A stretch of 63,933 nucleotides of DNA, filler included, from Conidiobolus incongruus B7586 (lineage: Eukaryota): assembly GCA_000697335.1 (NCBI GenBank). It is 7 parts of 7 records of this genome, joined end to end, with 100 filler letters (N's around TTAATTAATTAA, not from the genome) between each part and the next. Parts side by side here need not be neighbours in the genome. Positions count along the whole stretch, not along the records: positions 23,848 to 54,691 come from JNEM01006041.1; 6 more parts are not named here. The stretch is one strand, 5' to 3'. The notes under the pieces were generated by a model that searched no databases, had not been told where the DNA came from, and worked only from the letters and a program-made list of their open reading frames with translations. A program made the translations under genes and the position numbers. Position 1 is the stretch's first letter. Each line of letters opens with the position of its first letter. This document shows, in pieces, positions 38,833-52,407 of this stretch.

Positions 38833-40571
38833 TATCGATGATTAGAATCAAATAAAGTTACTAAATGTTAGTATGATCTGATTTTTGAAGGCTCAAGCGG
38901 GGGAAAGGAGTATATTTAAAGAAATTTCGTTATATTTGAAGGTTATGGTTACATTCCATATAAAATTTGAATATTGTTCAAAAATTCAAGATTCTGCGAC
39001 ATGATTGGCTAGTATATATTATAAAATTCTCCAGATTAATTTTCGTTCCAAAATAGCATAATGAGAAAAATTAGTTACGTCAATCTTATTTACAAAAATT
39101 AAACAAGGCAGTTTAATTAGTTAACTCTATATTATCAATTTATCATATAAATCAAATGAATAGAAATCATTTGAATATATAAAATTATTCAAGCAATCAT
39201 CTATGAATTAGCTTTAATTATACTAAGTCATTTATTTTATTCATTAAACTTTGAATTTCATTGATATGATCAATAAGTTTATCGTTTTAAACAAGAGCAT
39301 ACTAAAGCCATAATTCGAAATCAGGACAATAAATACTCTGTTGAAATCTTTATAAAGTAATATGATACTATAATTACATTTGACAACAATCTATTAATTA
39401 TATAACTAAAAACTGCAATATATTATCTCCGAATTCTTATTTTTATACAATCAAATATCTTTAATGAGTTATGGCATATTCATTTAGATTGATTTCTGTA
39501 CTCATCAATAAAATACATCTCAAAATAATTATAATAAATATGTTATTATTTACATTGAAAATACAATTACTTAATTAGTATTTTATCCAATTTTTCAAAT
39601 CATGTTAATATCAATGTCAATAGAAGTGCTTTATATTTTAACTTTAGAAATTCAAATGAGATGTATGTAGAGAAAATTATAATTTGTTAATGATTAGGAA
39701 TTTTAAATAATATTTATAATACAATACATAAGCACATTTGATGAAATCCAAAAATTTAACTATATAAGTTACGAAATATATTCATTATTACTCAAATCCC
39801 AATTAGAATTATATATGATATCTTTAATGATTATATGATAACCGACTGGTTTGTATAAAATAATTTATTATAATATACATAAAAAATATGGGTACTATGC
39901 ACGTTATTTTAAACTTTCAAAATTAAATTTGGAATATATATATGATCAAATGACACTCTTATTTCCAGTTCTGAACAAATCATTTATACACTACAAAATT
40001 CAAAATTAAGAAATTAAAAAATTATTATGAATTAATATTGAATCTTAAATGATTCATTTCTAAAATAATTGTTTTAAATCATAGATAATAAGGGTAAACT
40101 CATCTATATATCTCAAAAAAATTCAATTTTAATATTCTAGCATTTAATAAAATATTGTTAACGAAGTATACTTTTTTAAAATAATATGCACATATAGTCA
40201 ATATTTATAATCAAATAAAAATCATTAAATATGAATATATTATTTATTATAAAGGATAAGTTCATCAAGATGTTTATCATTACAACTATTATGAATATTG
40301 CTATATAAATACATTAAATTATTACCAACCTGAATTGATATTTGATAATTGAATCAACCACTTCCTTAATTAATATGCTTTTCCTTAAATTCACAGTTTA
40401 AAGTAGATGAAAATATTAGTATTACAAATGAACAAATATTGATTAGAATTACAGTATTATACTAAAGCTTTTAGAATCTACTCAATTTTTCTGTTAAAAT
40501 AAAATATCATACTACCTTCAATACTTTTTGATTCGTTCTATAACAAATCTGGAACCATTTTATTAAGTTAA

Positions 40572-41062
40572 TGTCAATGGCCTCTAAGATCCGCCAATGA
40601 GGGGCCGAGGAATTCGTCACGAGGTCATCACATCGATGTATCAGGATTCCCCAACTCATTAATAAACATAAGCGCATGATCCGACGATTAATCCCAGTAG
40701 TCACCCAAATTCCTCCTCAGCTAATCATTATACCTAGAACGGCGACAACGAACACAATTGAGGATACCTGCGTAGGTTCCGCAAGGAGGGTCTCTTTTAG
40801 GACTATAGGGGAGAAAATATAACGAAGCATTACCATAATGTATTTTCTTATTATAGGGTGTTCTGATTTCGAGAGAGAGAGTTTATTAGTTCTTTGGATC
40901 CTTCAAGGAATGACCAGAATAGTTGAGTGAACTATTCTGGTGTTTTCTTTTATGTTTCCCTATTCTATACTAATTGTTTTACTTATTTTGACTTGCTTCG
41001 GGGACTTTTATTTTGTTCTTAATATGACCTTGTTTTGGATAATGTCACGACGCATCGTGACA
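40572..41062. mobile_element. Probable solo LTR (CpG-rich, not hypermutated)
   Basis: 491-nt island of higher GC bounded by TGTCA...TGACA. Flanks GTTAA/GTTAG form a 5-bp TSD with one mismatch. The right end is the hairpin TGTCACGA-cgca-TCGTGACA. Confidence 0.6.
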
Positions 41063-42133
41063 GTTAGAATTTTATAAACAACCAACATATCTAATTTTTT
41101 GTTTGAAAAATCATTATCATTGGTTGATTAAATATTTATTCTATTATTGTTATTAAGTTCTTTTAATTTGAGTAAAGAATCTTATATTCCATTTAATTGA
41201 TTAGGTCAAGTCATACTGTCTTAAATATTGCAATAGCCACCAAGTTCTTTGATGATCTTGGATCATATATATATATACATATATTATATGATCATCCCAA
41301 GATTATAAATTATTGAACATAACAGGAAAACATAAATCATATATATTTATTTATTGAATTATGAAGCAAATTTGAATGAGGCTAAATATCTTATTAATTT
41401 TGTATATTTTTTGAAACAATCCAAACATATACACATGCCAATAGAAATTTTGCGATATAGTAATAATTAATATATTATAACAATAACCATCGGATATATT
41501 AAATCTATGAAAATCTATAAAATTATTAAATAACTATAATACTAAATTATAAAGAGAAAGAATAACTTTATCAGATTTTCAACCAATCAAATGGTCCCTC
41601 AGCCATATGTTAAAGTTGGAAAAGATCATCATTAAATACAATAACTACTTACCATTTTAAATCTTCTGAAATACCAAACTTTCCAATATTAAACGCATTG
41701 TTAATTAGAACCAACATAATAATAGCATAAGGAAGCTTATGTATAATATTTATTAGTATCGCATCCTTTTAATAGGAAAAAATATCATAAAAATCAAATC
41801 ATTACTTAATTAGGTATTGAGTTTCAGATCGAGCTATTTACAGAAAAATTTTGAAAATATAGATGACTCAATAATCTGTGTCATATCATTATGTTTAGAA
41901 ATAAAAAGGATAATAAATTAATAATGTACAAAGTCAACTTTTTTAGCATTTGTCCAATGATATTTCTGTGATTTTTTAATTTTGTTGTATATATAATGTT
42001 ATAATTTCTTTTTTTGAATTCAAATCTTTGATGGTTAGTTGAGCTTTGTCCAAGTTTTCGTCGTCGTTTTTGAAAAAAGCATTGGAATTTATATTCTTGT
42101 TTGCATTTTTGGTTCTGAATTGTTATTTTCAAG

Positions 42134-43579
42134 ATGCAAAGCTCATCATCAGATCCATTAGATTTCTTGGGATTTGGATCTTTGAATCTAGATTCTAACT
42201 GTTCTAACACGGATAATATTAATATAAATAGTTTATTCCCATCATTAGGAGATCAATGTACCCAATCATGGGAGCTTGATTTGTACTCTTCACCTAAATC
42301 AATTTCACCTCATTCCCAGTCAGATGCAACATCCAATAAAATTAGATCTTCTATGTCTAAAGAGCTCAGTAGAGATATTTCTCTTGATCAACCATCATCT
42401 GTTACATCAACCGACCCCTTAATATCTTTACTTGATTCCTCAGGTATTGTAACAACTACCACCACCAATACTACATTCCAGAATTATTATCCCACTCCAG
42501 ATTTATCAAAGCCAAACTGCCCAAGGGTCTCGTGGACAGATACCCCGCTTACTATCCAACCGAATCCCATGACACAATCCATCTTCAACACTCCTAATTT
42601 TGGGTCTATCTTGGATTATCAGTTTGATTCATACTTGAACCCGGGCATTGATTCAAATTTGAGTAGTATGATAGACATTTCAGAAGTGTATCCTTATCCA
42701 GATCTCATGTCATCTGTAAGCGTGAGCGACAATATACCCAACCAGGCTCCTTTGAATCCATTTTTGTCTATTCTGAATCCCAGTTTGTATCATTTGAATA
42801 ATATAACAAATCCAGCATTGCCGCTCCCTCAGACCCAGACCACTAATTGGTCTAATCCCAATTATCAAATGATCATTTCATCTCAAGATTTGAACAATAT
42901 AGGACCTGGAAATATTTCATTAACTACATCTCATCCTTTGGTTGTGTCTAACGTCCATATTAATCGCCAAAGACCTAAACGGATCCCCAAGCCAAAGAAA
43001 TTGGGGGATTATAAATGTGAATACCCCGGATGTGGTAAATTATTCACACGTCCATATAATCTCAAAGCTCATGCCAGAATTCATACACTCGAACGTCCGT
43101 TCATTTGCGAGGTTTGTAAATACTCGTTTAGTCGACTTCATGATATGAGAAGACACATGAAACTCCACTCAGGCGTCAAACCTTTTACCTGTCCATACTG
43201 TAGTAAATCTTTTGCTCGATTGGGTAAGTTTCAAATCTTATCAATTTTATTTTCAATTTATCAATTCCACTTTCATTTAGATGCTATGAATCGGCATATC
43301 AAAAAGGATAAATTTACTTGTACAACGGGAATCAAAATGGCCAACCTCGCAAAGAATAAATCGGAGAAAGGTAAACGTGGAAGGTTGAGTAAAGCTGAAT
43401 TAAAACAGAATACACCTGCAGCCATTGCCCCAGCTACTACAAACACGACTACTGAGGACATTAATAATATCATATCGTCAGTGTCGTTTGATCCAGCCTT
43501 GGCTTCAGTAGAAGATTTGGTGAAGCAAGATACTAAAACTGACTTTAACCAGCCCATTTCCCATCCTGTATTCTTATAG
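42134..43579 (+). CDS. C2H2 zinc-finger transcription factor, Crz1-like
   Basis: Ser/Pro-rich N-terminus, then fingers [44 protein letters not shown] and [17 protein letters not shown]. Intron 43224-43280. Confidence 0.88.
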   Translation: MQSSSSDPLDFLGFGSLNLDSNCSNTDNININSLFPSLGDQCTQSWELDLYSSPKSISPHSQSDATSNKIRSSMSKELSRDISLDQPSSVTSTDPLISLLDSSGIVTTTTTNTTFQNYYPTPDLSKPNCPRVSWTDTPLTIQPNPMTQSIFNTPNFGSILDYQFDSYLNPGIDSNLSSMIDISEVYPYPDLMSSVSVSDNIPNQAPLNPFLSILNPSLYHLNNITNPALPLPQTQTTNWSNPNYQMIISSQDLNNIGPGNISLTTSHPLVVSNVHINRQRPKRIPKPKKLGDYKCEYPGCGKLFTRPYNLKAHARIHTLERPFICEVCKYSFSRLHDMRRHMKLHSGVKPFTCPYCSKSFARLGKFQILSILFSIYQFHFHLDAMNRHIKKDKFTCTTGIKMANLAKNKSEKGKRGRLSKAELKQNTPAAIAPATTNTTTEDINNIISSVSFDPALASVEDLVKQDTKTDFNQPISHPVFL

Positions 43580-43902
43580 AATAGTCTAATTGAAATGATG
43601 AAATATCTTTGTATTTAAAGATATACATTTTATCAAATTATCATACTACTGCATATAAATCATTAATACATTTTATTTCATTTAATTATTAATAAATTTA
43701 ATAATTTGGTTACTATTATTTCAATTATTTCGTTGGATATAATATCTTCATTAATAAAATATTCTATACTAAATTTATCACTTTTAACAAATACATTAAC
43801 TGTATAATCTAAAATAGATTCTGTCCCATAAGCATAAAAATTTCAATTGAATAATTAAATTGAAGTTTAATTTCAGTCACTTAAGTTCTAAATTCATCAA
43901 AT

Positions 43903-44882
43903 ATGGAAACAACTGAAGAAAGTAAATGAATAACCACAACCATTTTTATCAATATACTTACAAAATATTAGATATTGAAGATCTCTACTTGAAACGAAAT
44001 TTAAATTTAATGAGAGAATTAGACGATCGAATTGATGGTAAGTTATTTAAGAAAGAATGTATTTAATTTTTTTTAATAATTTCTTTGAACAGTTAATCGG
44101 CATTATTAAAGATACTTCAATTTTTTTAAACAAGAAATATAATAAAAATTTTGAAGATTGAAAAATTCTATTAATAAAACTACCGAAATATTACATAAAA
44201 TAGATTTAGAATGTCAGGAAAAATTAAATTTATCGATGCAATCTTATGAAACTGTAATATTTTTTAATTCCTACATAAATATGCTATTAACAATCAAATT
44301 TCATCATCAATAGACTGATAAATCTATCAACTTTCTGGAAGAACAAATCACCAGAGCCGAAACTTCTATAGTAAATATATATTCCAAGTAAATTTTCCAT
44401 TACAATACTAGTTATTGCAATTTAATATAGAAATTAGGTGAAAACAATATGTTATCACATAGTATCAATTACCCGTATAATTTTTTGATTATTCTATTAC
44501 TAGTTTCACCCAGTACACCTTTATCCCATCTAACAATGAAGCAGTTCCTCACACCTAAAGAGATTGTAGCTAGAAAAATGCAACTTAATTATATTCAGCT
44601 TGTCATTACTTTTTTAATTTTAAATTGATTTAGATCTAACTCTGCTGAAATTCCTATTGATCCAAATGAACCTACATACTGCAATTATAAAGAAACATCT
44701 TTTGGCGAAATGGTAGCATGTAATCACTATGTAATTTATATTTATCAAACATTTTTGTTAATTATTTTATATAATGTGAGATCGGATGGTTCCATATTAG
44801 TTATGTTAATCTTAAAGCACCTCCTAAAGGCAGTTGGTATTGTAATGATTGTTTAGCAAGAAGAATGCATAAGAAAGAATAA
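43903..44882 (+). pseudogene. ING-family (Yng/Pho23-like) PHD-finger pseudogene
   Basis: ING N-domain remnant RNLNLMRELD and PHD PIDPNEPTYCN[Y]KETSFGEMVAC[N]..CEIGWFHIS[Y]VNLKAPPKGSWYCNDC. Early stop, two zinc-ligand Cys>Tyr changes, and the last intron acceptor reads TAA. Confidence 0.8.
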
Positions 44883-44980
44883 ATCAATATTTATGTACAA
44901 AATTCCCAAAATGATATTCCAGAGTATTTAAATTAAATACATCGGTAATGCAAAATAGATTGAAAATTAATTTATTCTAT

Positions 44981-46393
44981 TTAATCTAATATATACTCTA
45001 GCAATTTACCAACAACTTTAACATTTAACGAATTGTCTAATAATTTACATTGAACTTTAAATGTCAAGAATTCAGGAAATCCCATTAACTTGGCAATTTC
45101 CATGCTATCAAAATATCTATATTTCTCGCCCTTAGGGATTTTAAGTTAAATCATTGATTATAAATCATTTAATTTTTATTTACCTCTTCAGTGTTGTTTT
45201 TTAATATAGATCCTAAATATTTAATAATTAGATATATACGAAAAATTATTTAATCAAAGAATTTACCTGTAGCTTCCGCATAGCTCGAATAGCCTTTAGT
45301 AAAGCAACATGACCCTGTCGATTCTGGAGTTACAATATCTGAAATACATTTAAAAATTTGTGTTAAATTTGTTAATTGCACTAAATTTAATTTCCATAGA
45401 CCTGGTAATAACGGTCAAAAGTCTAAATGGTATATAAATTATATTAATATAAAAACTATTATTCTATTGATTAATAAGATATATATATATACCTTTTGAG
45501 GTATTGAGCGTAAATCCAACAATTTAGGACTGTTTAATGAATCCCCCAAGTAATCAAGTAAAGTGGAATTAAAATTATCGTATAGTTTAAACCATTCAAT
45601 AACTGATTGATAGCATTCTGGGTCTATTTGAGATAAATCATTTGATTCTTTATCTGAGTGAAATAACTGGTTATTTAATAGCTGGAATTTAAAATCAGGC
45701 AAGTGTTCTCTCTTTGCTAAAAAGTAAAATCTTAATCTCGAGTTGGATATACCTAAATGCAATGGATTTAATAAAAATTGCTGAAACTTAAATCCATTCT
45801 CTCTGCATGCATTCTTTAATAATTCATGAGTTGATAAGTTTTCAAATCCTTGAACATTTTCGATTAAGAAATAATTTAAAGATTTTAGCTCTGGTAATAG
45901 TTTTAAAAATTTAAAAATGACTTACCTCTAGGATCTTTATCTGCTAACTGAACCCCAGTTCTAGTATATGGCTGGCATGGTTGGGACATCAAAAATAAAT
46001 TGGCATTAATTTGTTGAGTTTTTTGCTTGTAATTGAATCAAAATTAGCCTGATGAATTTTCGGATCAGTTATATTAATACTATGATCTAATAAACAATTT
46101 AAATAGTTTACCTCACTGACTGGAGTGCTTAAGTTATATGAATAAACTTTGTTCGCAACTTCGTTAATATCAAAAACTTGTAAAACTTGGTATTCTTTAT
46201 TGCAAGCTTTTAAGGCGTAATGCTATTTTAATAAAATGTCAATTAAGAGATTTAAATTTGGAATTAATTGAATACCATTCCACCTGTAAAATTAAATTAC
46301 AAAAACTGGATAGATATTTAAGGATAGATGGAAAATTTTAATATATTTACCTATTCCACTAAAAAATTCTAAAACTCTATATTCAGTACTCAT
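44981..46393 (-). pseudogene. TRDMT1: DNMT2/TRDMT1 (Pmt1-like) C5-cytosine methyltransferase, frameshifted as assembled
   Basis: RVLEFFSGIGGMH (motif I, via an 8-nt microexon 46276-46283), FDIN, S[Q]PCQPYTRTG, DPR, LIENVQGFE, NSRLRFYFLAKR, CCFTKGYSSYAEATGS (DNMT2 signature), RYF..EIAKLMGFP and LL[D]NSLNV. One-base frameshifts near 46019-46024 and 45905-45909. Confidence 0.85.
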
Positions 46394-46829
46394 TTTTGTT
46401 ATTGGATTAAATAGTATTGATATGATTTTCGAGATAAATTATTCTTATAAACTGATTTGTATAATTTTATTTATAGGATATCAAAGAAATTATCAAATTC
46501 AAATGCTATTAATCAAAAGATATAAATGTCTTTTAATCTCTCAATAAAACATTATTAATTTTTATAAATAATGTAAGCCTTTATAACTTGGTGTTTAGCT
46601 GAAATATCCAATAGTTTCTCAGAATTTGAATTAATAATTACATAATAGCATTTTGGGTTCATTATTCAATTAGAACTAGAATACTAAGTTAATTTGAATC
46701 AAACACTTGAAATATTCAAAAAGTTGTGTGCTGTAAAAGATCTATAAATCAGGTGATAAACATAAAAATTCATTGCTAAATTATCGCTATTTTGTTTGGT
46801 ATATACTACAAAATTAAAATAGAATTTAT

Positions 46830-47850
46830 TTAATCAAATATTAATTCGTTCTTTCTATTTCTTTGGTTTGATGGATTGGAGAACAATGTATTGAAATTCT
46901 TCGAAGACCCATCAAGGCCCAAATCCATAGATTGATTATCATCAATGAATTTTCGAAATATATGTGAGGTGCTCTTAGTCTGCCTAGAATATTTTAAATT
47001 TCTTTTTAAAAATGGCTTCGACTGATTTGAATTCGAGGAATTGAATTTGGGATAAATAGAGGCCTGATCAATTCTTGAAAATATATCAGATGTCAACTTG
47101 AATTGGTCTTTCATCCAAGGCTGAAATTTGAAATAGGAACTGGGATTAAAGTGAAAGAATGTCTCAGAGTTAATAGGCTGTTTAAGTCGTTTTGTCTGTT
47201 TGGACTTAGGAATAGCTTTCTTTTGTGGAGAAGAAATAAAGGTAGTATTTGCATTTGGAACTTTAATACGGATGCTTTTGGCTGTTTTAACTCTTGAAAT
47301 GACCTTACGATGCTGAATTTTAATTGCAGAGGATGGTTTCTTATTATCTTCTGAATTTGTGGATTCATTGTCTGAATTTGGGATATCAAATATTGAATCA
47401 TTTTTGGCCTGGCTTTCAGAAGCAATTACTTGATGCTGCAAACTACTATGGACTTGCCTCTTCAGAATTGATATAGATTCTGCCTGATTTAGTAATTGCG
47501 ATGGGTTTGATTGGTCTATTTCCTTATTAATTTGAAATTCAATAACTGATGCATCAGAATTGTCAGGAATATTTATATTAGAATTTTGATCTGAAGGTGC
47601 AAGTTCAATGCTTGAATCAGAATTAGATTGAAGCGTATCACCTTTATTTATGGAAGGCTGGCAGTATATTCGACAAATTTTGTCGAAAATTTTCTCGGTA
47701 TGCTTTGATAAGTATTGAAAATGGGAAGACTCACTAAATGATGTATACCTAATAAGCGATTTATTAAGTTGTTAAATAATTTACAGATTTCTATATTAAT
47801 TACAGATTTTCAAATTCGTGATTTATTAGTTTTCTCTGATTAAAATTCAT
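46830..47850 (-). CDS. Hypothetical Ser/Lys-rich protein (two exons)
   Basis: ATG 47850 (MNFNQRKLINHEFENL), a short intron, then an open frame YTSFSESSHFQYLSKHTEKIFDKICRIYCQ continuing into the 203-aa ORF that ends at 46830. Confidence 0.6.
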
Positions 47851-48525
47851 TTTGGATCAAATTAATTTTTAATTGAAATATATGGGATAATTTACTTCAA
47901 GTTATACATCTTTTATTTCATTTATTCAAATAAATTAATTATGGGACTATAACTCATATTTATATTATTCATCAAAATTTTCAAATTAAATGTATCATCT
48001 ATTATCTAAAAACATTATATTTCAATATATTATATATTCAAAAAATATTATAAAACCATTTTTAGATAATAACCAATACGGGTATTTACAATTTTCCAAA
48101 TCAATACATCGTAATTCAAAAAAAAATCATATTCAATTCAAAATCCTCCTAGAGTGTAAATTAAGTATATTAAAGATCTTATTAATATAACATACAATAA
48201 AATTATCAATTTTTAACCTTTTACAGCAGATCTTTGAGGTTTTTTAAAGTTTAAATGATTTTGCCAAACTGAATTAGCAAATTTTTGATACATCAATTAA
48301 ATAAAAATTGAATTCAATTTATCCCATAAGAAAATTAATTAATGCTTTATTGTTTATTCGAACAACGTAACCAATTGAATCTGATGCTACAAAAGTAAAT
48401 TTTCAAATAGAAAAGCTTTTCTTTAATATATTCATCTGATTTAAATTTCAGCTTGTTTAAATAACTTAATAATATTATTCATATTTGCTTTTGTAATTAT
48501 TAATTACTCATATTTATATCCAAAA

Positions 48526-49590
48526 ATGATAAAATCAACAAAAGCTCTTATAATATTAAATCAAATCCAATCCCGGACTATGAATCAAATAGCATCAGTT
48601 CATAGTTTATCTTTGCCAATAAATATCAAAAAGAATTTACTTTTATTGAGTCAAGCAGATATACTTTCTAACTTCCGCGAATGGATTCAAAAGGGAGGAA
48701 CATGTAAAACGGCCCAAGATAGACTCTTTATCAGCGACCTTATTTACAGTTTTCGCTATCAAAAGGGTAATAATTTTGAGGTCAATAAAAGCGTTAATGC
48801 ATTATACAATGATATTAAGCAGCTCAACTACCCATTTACTAGCTCTGATTTTGCTGGTCTGTTAGAGCTATGTGCTATGTCTGCTAATCAACAACTAGCA
48901 CAGACCATCTTGAATCACATGGGTAAATTAAAGCTAAACCTAACCCTTCGCCATTATTATGCTTTAGCCAAGCTATTTAACAAGACCAACCAACCCCAGC
49001 GAGTGGTTCAGCTGGAACAAGTTTTCAAACAGAAAGGTCTTTCTCCCAACAACCAATTCTATTATCAATTAATGCTCGCTTATGGCTCTCTTGGAGATTC
49101 CTCACATATTATTCGATGCTTCCATCAACTGAAAATCCATACCATTGAGCCATCTCGCAATCTCTTTGGAGAATATCTAACTGGCTTCTATACTAGCTTA
49201 TGCAAGGCAAATGACCCAAAGGCCATGAAATTCTACTTCGATAAATATCTTTCCAACAACCCCCATGTTCCCCTCACAGTTTTTATACAACTAATGAAAG
49301 TACACCAGAAGGCCAATCAAGTCAATGAAACATTTGAATGGTTTAAGAAACTCCAAGAACCACCTTTCAATTACCAGCCTAACATCAAAGTCTATTCTGT
49401 GCTACTCTACACAAATCGAGAATACCCTAGCCTTACTAAGTTTGCAAAAGAAATGCCACCTAATACTTTCTATGAAACGGTCAATTTAATTCCTTCCGAT
49501 AGAGTTAGAAATAGGCTGATCAATGCGTATGAACAAGAAGAACTAGAAGAAGAGTTTGTAGAAGAGCCTGTTCTTCAGCAGGCAATTTAA
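48526..49590 (+). CDS. Pentatricopeptide-repeat (PPR)-like protein, probably mitochondrial
   Basis: 354 aa with helical repeats (HYYALAKLF..FKQKGLSPNNQFYYQLMLAYG, VFIQLMKVH..FNYQPNIKVYSVLL) and a basic N-terminus lacking acidic residues. Confidence 0.75.
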   Translation: MIKSTKALIILNQIQSRTMNQIASVHSLSLPINIKKNLLLLSQADILSNFREWIQKGGTCKTAQDRLFISDLIYSFRYQKGNNFEVNKSVNALYNDIKQLNYPFTSSDFAGLLELCAMSANQQLAQTILNHMGKLKLNLTLRHYYALAKLFNKTNQPQRVVQLEQVFKQKGLSPNNQFYYQLMLAYGSLGDSSHIIRCFHQLKIHTIEPSRNLFGEYLTGFYTSLCKANDPKAMKFYFDKYLSNNPHVPLTVFIQLMKVHQKANQVNETFEWFKKLQEPPFNYQPNIKVYSVLLYTNREYPSLTKFAKEMPPNTFYETVNLIPSDRVRNRLINAYEQEELEEEFVEEPVLQQAI

Positions 49591-52407
49591 ATGTATTAAA
49601 AGGTTTACAATTTAATGAATATTTATTTCAATATATTTATACTTATTCATCCTTAGTTTATATTTTAATTTGTCTCAGTCAATAAGCAAAAAATTCAATC
49701 TACAAAATATTTTTACATTGTGAATATCATTAAAAGTGCTCTAATTATAATAGCTTTCAATAGTTAAAATAATACTATTCAACTATATAACAGTAATGTT
49801 AAATCTTTATATTTTGATTATATTAAAATATATATGATATATAATTTGATTGAAAGCAAGGTTTAAATAGCATAATGTATTGAATGATAAGAAACAATCC
49901 AAATAATTAAAAATTACCTTTGACAAAAATATTTTGCTTTGATAAATGACAAATAAGTAATGAAAAAAATTGAGATTATATACTTCCCAACAGGATAAAA
50001 ATTCAATGTAATTTCAAAGCTAGAGAAAATATTTCTAAATATTCGATATAATATTATTCAATCCTTAATGGATTTATTCTATAATCAGAATGATTCCAAA
50101 TTCACACTTAGGTTTGTTAAAAATTAATTTTTATGGTTTTTTGATCAAATAGCTTTAAACATATGATTTATTGTGTAAATTTTATACTAATTATTCATTT
50201 TCTTTCTCACATACAATTTAATTCTTTTAATATAAAGTACTGTGTGCATAGTTTGGTTGAATTTTTTTTGTTTCTTAATAATTCCTTAAATCAAAAGTTA
50301 TAAAAGAAAACATTATTTTATCAACTAAAATGGAAAATAATAATAATCTCCAATACTATATCCAATTCCTAAATTCCAGAATAACATAATTTAAACTTAA
50401 AATATTATTATTTAATGTATATTTTTTAAATATTATATATTGATCATATATAGTGTTAGACTTATGATCCATTTAATTTAAAGTTGACGTTTTTATTAAT
50501 ATACTATTTAAATATCATAAATATATAGAAACAATAATGCGCTATACTATCTTGCCACAGTTCCTATTATTAAATCATTGCATTTTCTTCCATCACCGTC
50601 TTTATATAATATTTATTACATTGATTATATTAATAAATTTAAATCCATTAAATATTATTCATTAATTTAATATTTTAGGTAGAGGAAAATAGCTGTAACT
50701 AAAAATCTATAATAATATCAACATTAAAATAAACTAACAGGTTTTTGGAATTGACTCACATAACCACCTATTCTAATATACTGAAAATATAAATAATAAA
50801 ATAAACTTTTTAATTTATAATTGAAAATAATCATTTTCTTGCATATTAAATTTTTCACAGAGTTAACTTAAATATCAGTAAAGTAATATAGTATAATAAA
50901 TAATCTCAACTTCTAACTTTCTCAATACTTAAATATTTAGTTTAAAAATAACATGCTCACAAAAGTCGAATCATACTATTTTTCAATGTTGTCTGATTTT
51001 TTCATTTATGAAAATAATCCACATGAACAAAAATTAGCTATATTCTTATTATTTTATTAATTATCATTATCCAATATATTTAAATATAAAAGCACAATTA
51101 TTAATTTTAAATTTATAAGTTACATCAATTAAATCAGAATGACTCTTTATTGCATATTTTAATAATCAATTAAATTCAAAATTTTAATATCAGAATTATA
51201 TCCAATTACAATTTTGTTTGCTTGTGTGGTCTAAAATATTCTTAATATTTCTAGAATTGAAAATTCAAATAGTTTGATAAAATACAAATATTAAGCATAT
51301 GATTACAGTCATTGATGGTTGAGTAAATATCTAGCATTTTTTGATTGCAATTAAAAAATACATTAATATAGAGTGAAGACTATAATATATTATTATTATT
51401 ATATTCAAACATAATACGCATGTTCATATTTCAAATAAAAAATTTGACCATCAATGTTCAATTCTATAATAATTTTAATAATTAATATTTATATTAAATT
51501 AAACAGCCTTCACGATTATTGGTTTAAAATGAATTTTATAATGTTTGGCATAATCATAATATTAATTTAAAGCTATCAACTTTGTTAAATGTGTACATTA
51601 ATAATTGATGAAGATGTAAAATTAAAAACGATATGATTGAAGCATCACTCTAATACATTCATGATAACTTGATGAAGTTTTATATAAAATATTTCTAAAT
51701 TTTAGGATAATAGGGATAATTTAATAGTATTTGATATTAGTCATTTGACATCATTTATTTACTAATAACTCAATATTTATTAACACAATGATTCATTTGA
51801 TTGTTGCAGTTTAGGAAAATTTGAATTAGCAAATTACTATGTAACTCCCCAAATATCACCCAACAAATTCATTGATTTCTCCTTAAGATATCTAATTAAT
51901 AATCTTCCAATCGTATGAATGATGTCTCTCCGAGAATAATTGTGATTGGGTAATTTGATTGTAGATTCAGTGATTAATTGGAAATAGTATTGGCTATAGT
52001 GTGGTTGATTAAGAATCATAAATTTTGCTTTTTGAAAGCTAAATTTGAATTGGAAGTTTTTTGTTTAAGCCACCAGAGAACTAAACTCGATTCAAAGTAT
52101 AGCAAATCTCCCTTGTTCTGCCCCCTTTTTCACTCTCACTCAACTTTGCATCATCCACCCAAATCTCACTTGTGTAAGCCCATCTTACGTTTCACTCACA
52201 CTTAGTATCTCATTTATGTACCCATTAAATTGATCAAATATACCTTATTTTAATAATCAATCGTATACTTTCCTTTCTTGCGCTTACTCACACTTTCTCA
52301 CAAGGTCTTGCCGCCTTAAATTAATTTGTTTATATAGTAATATCAAATATAATATACATACTATTTTCATTGCTTACAAGATCGTTTTTTAGTTATTTTG
52401 AACTCAA

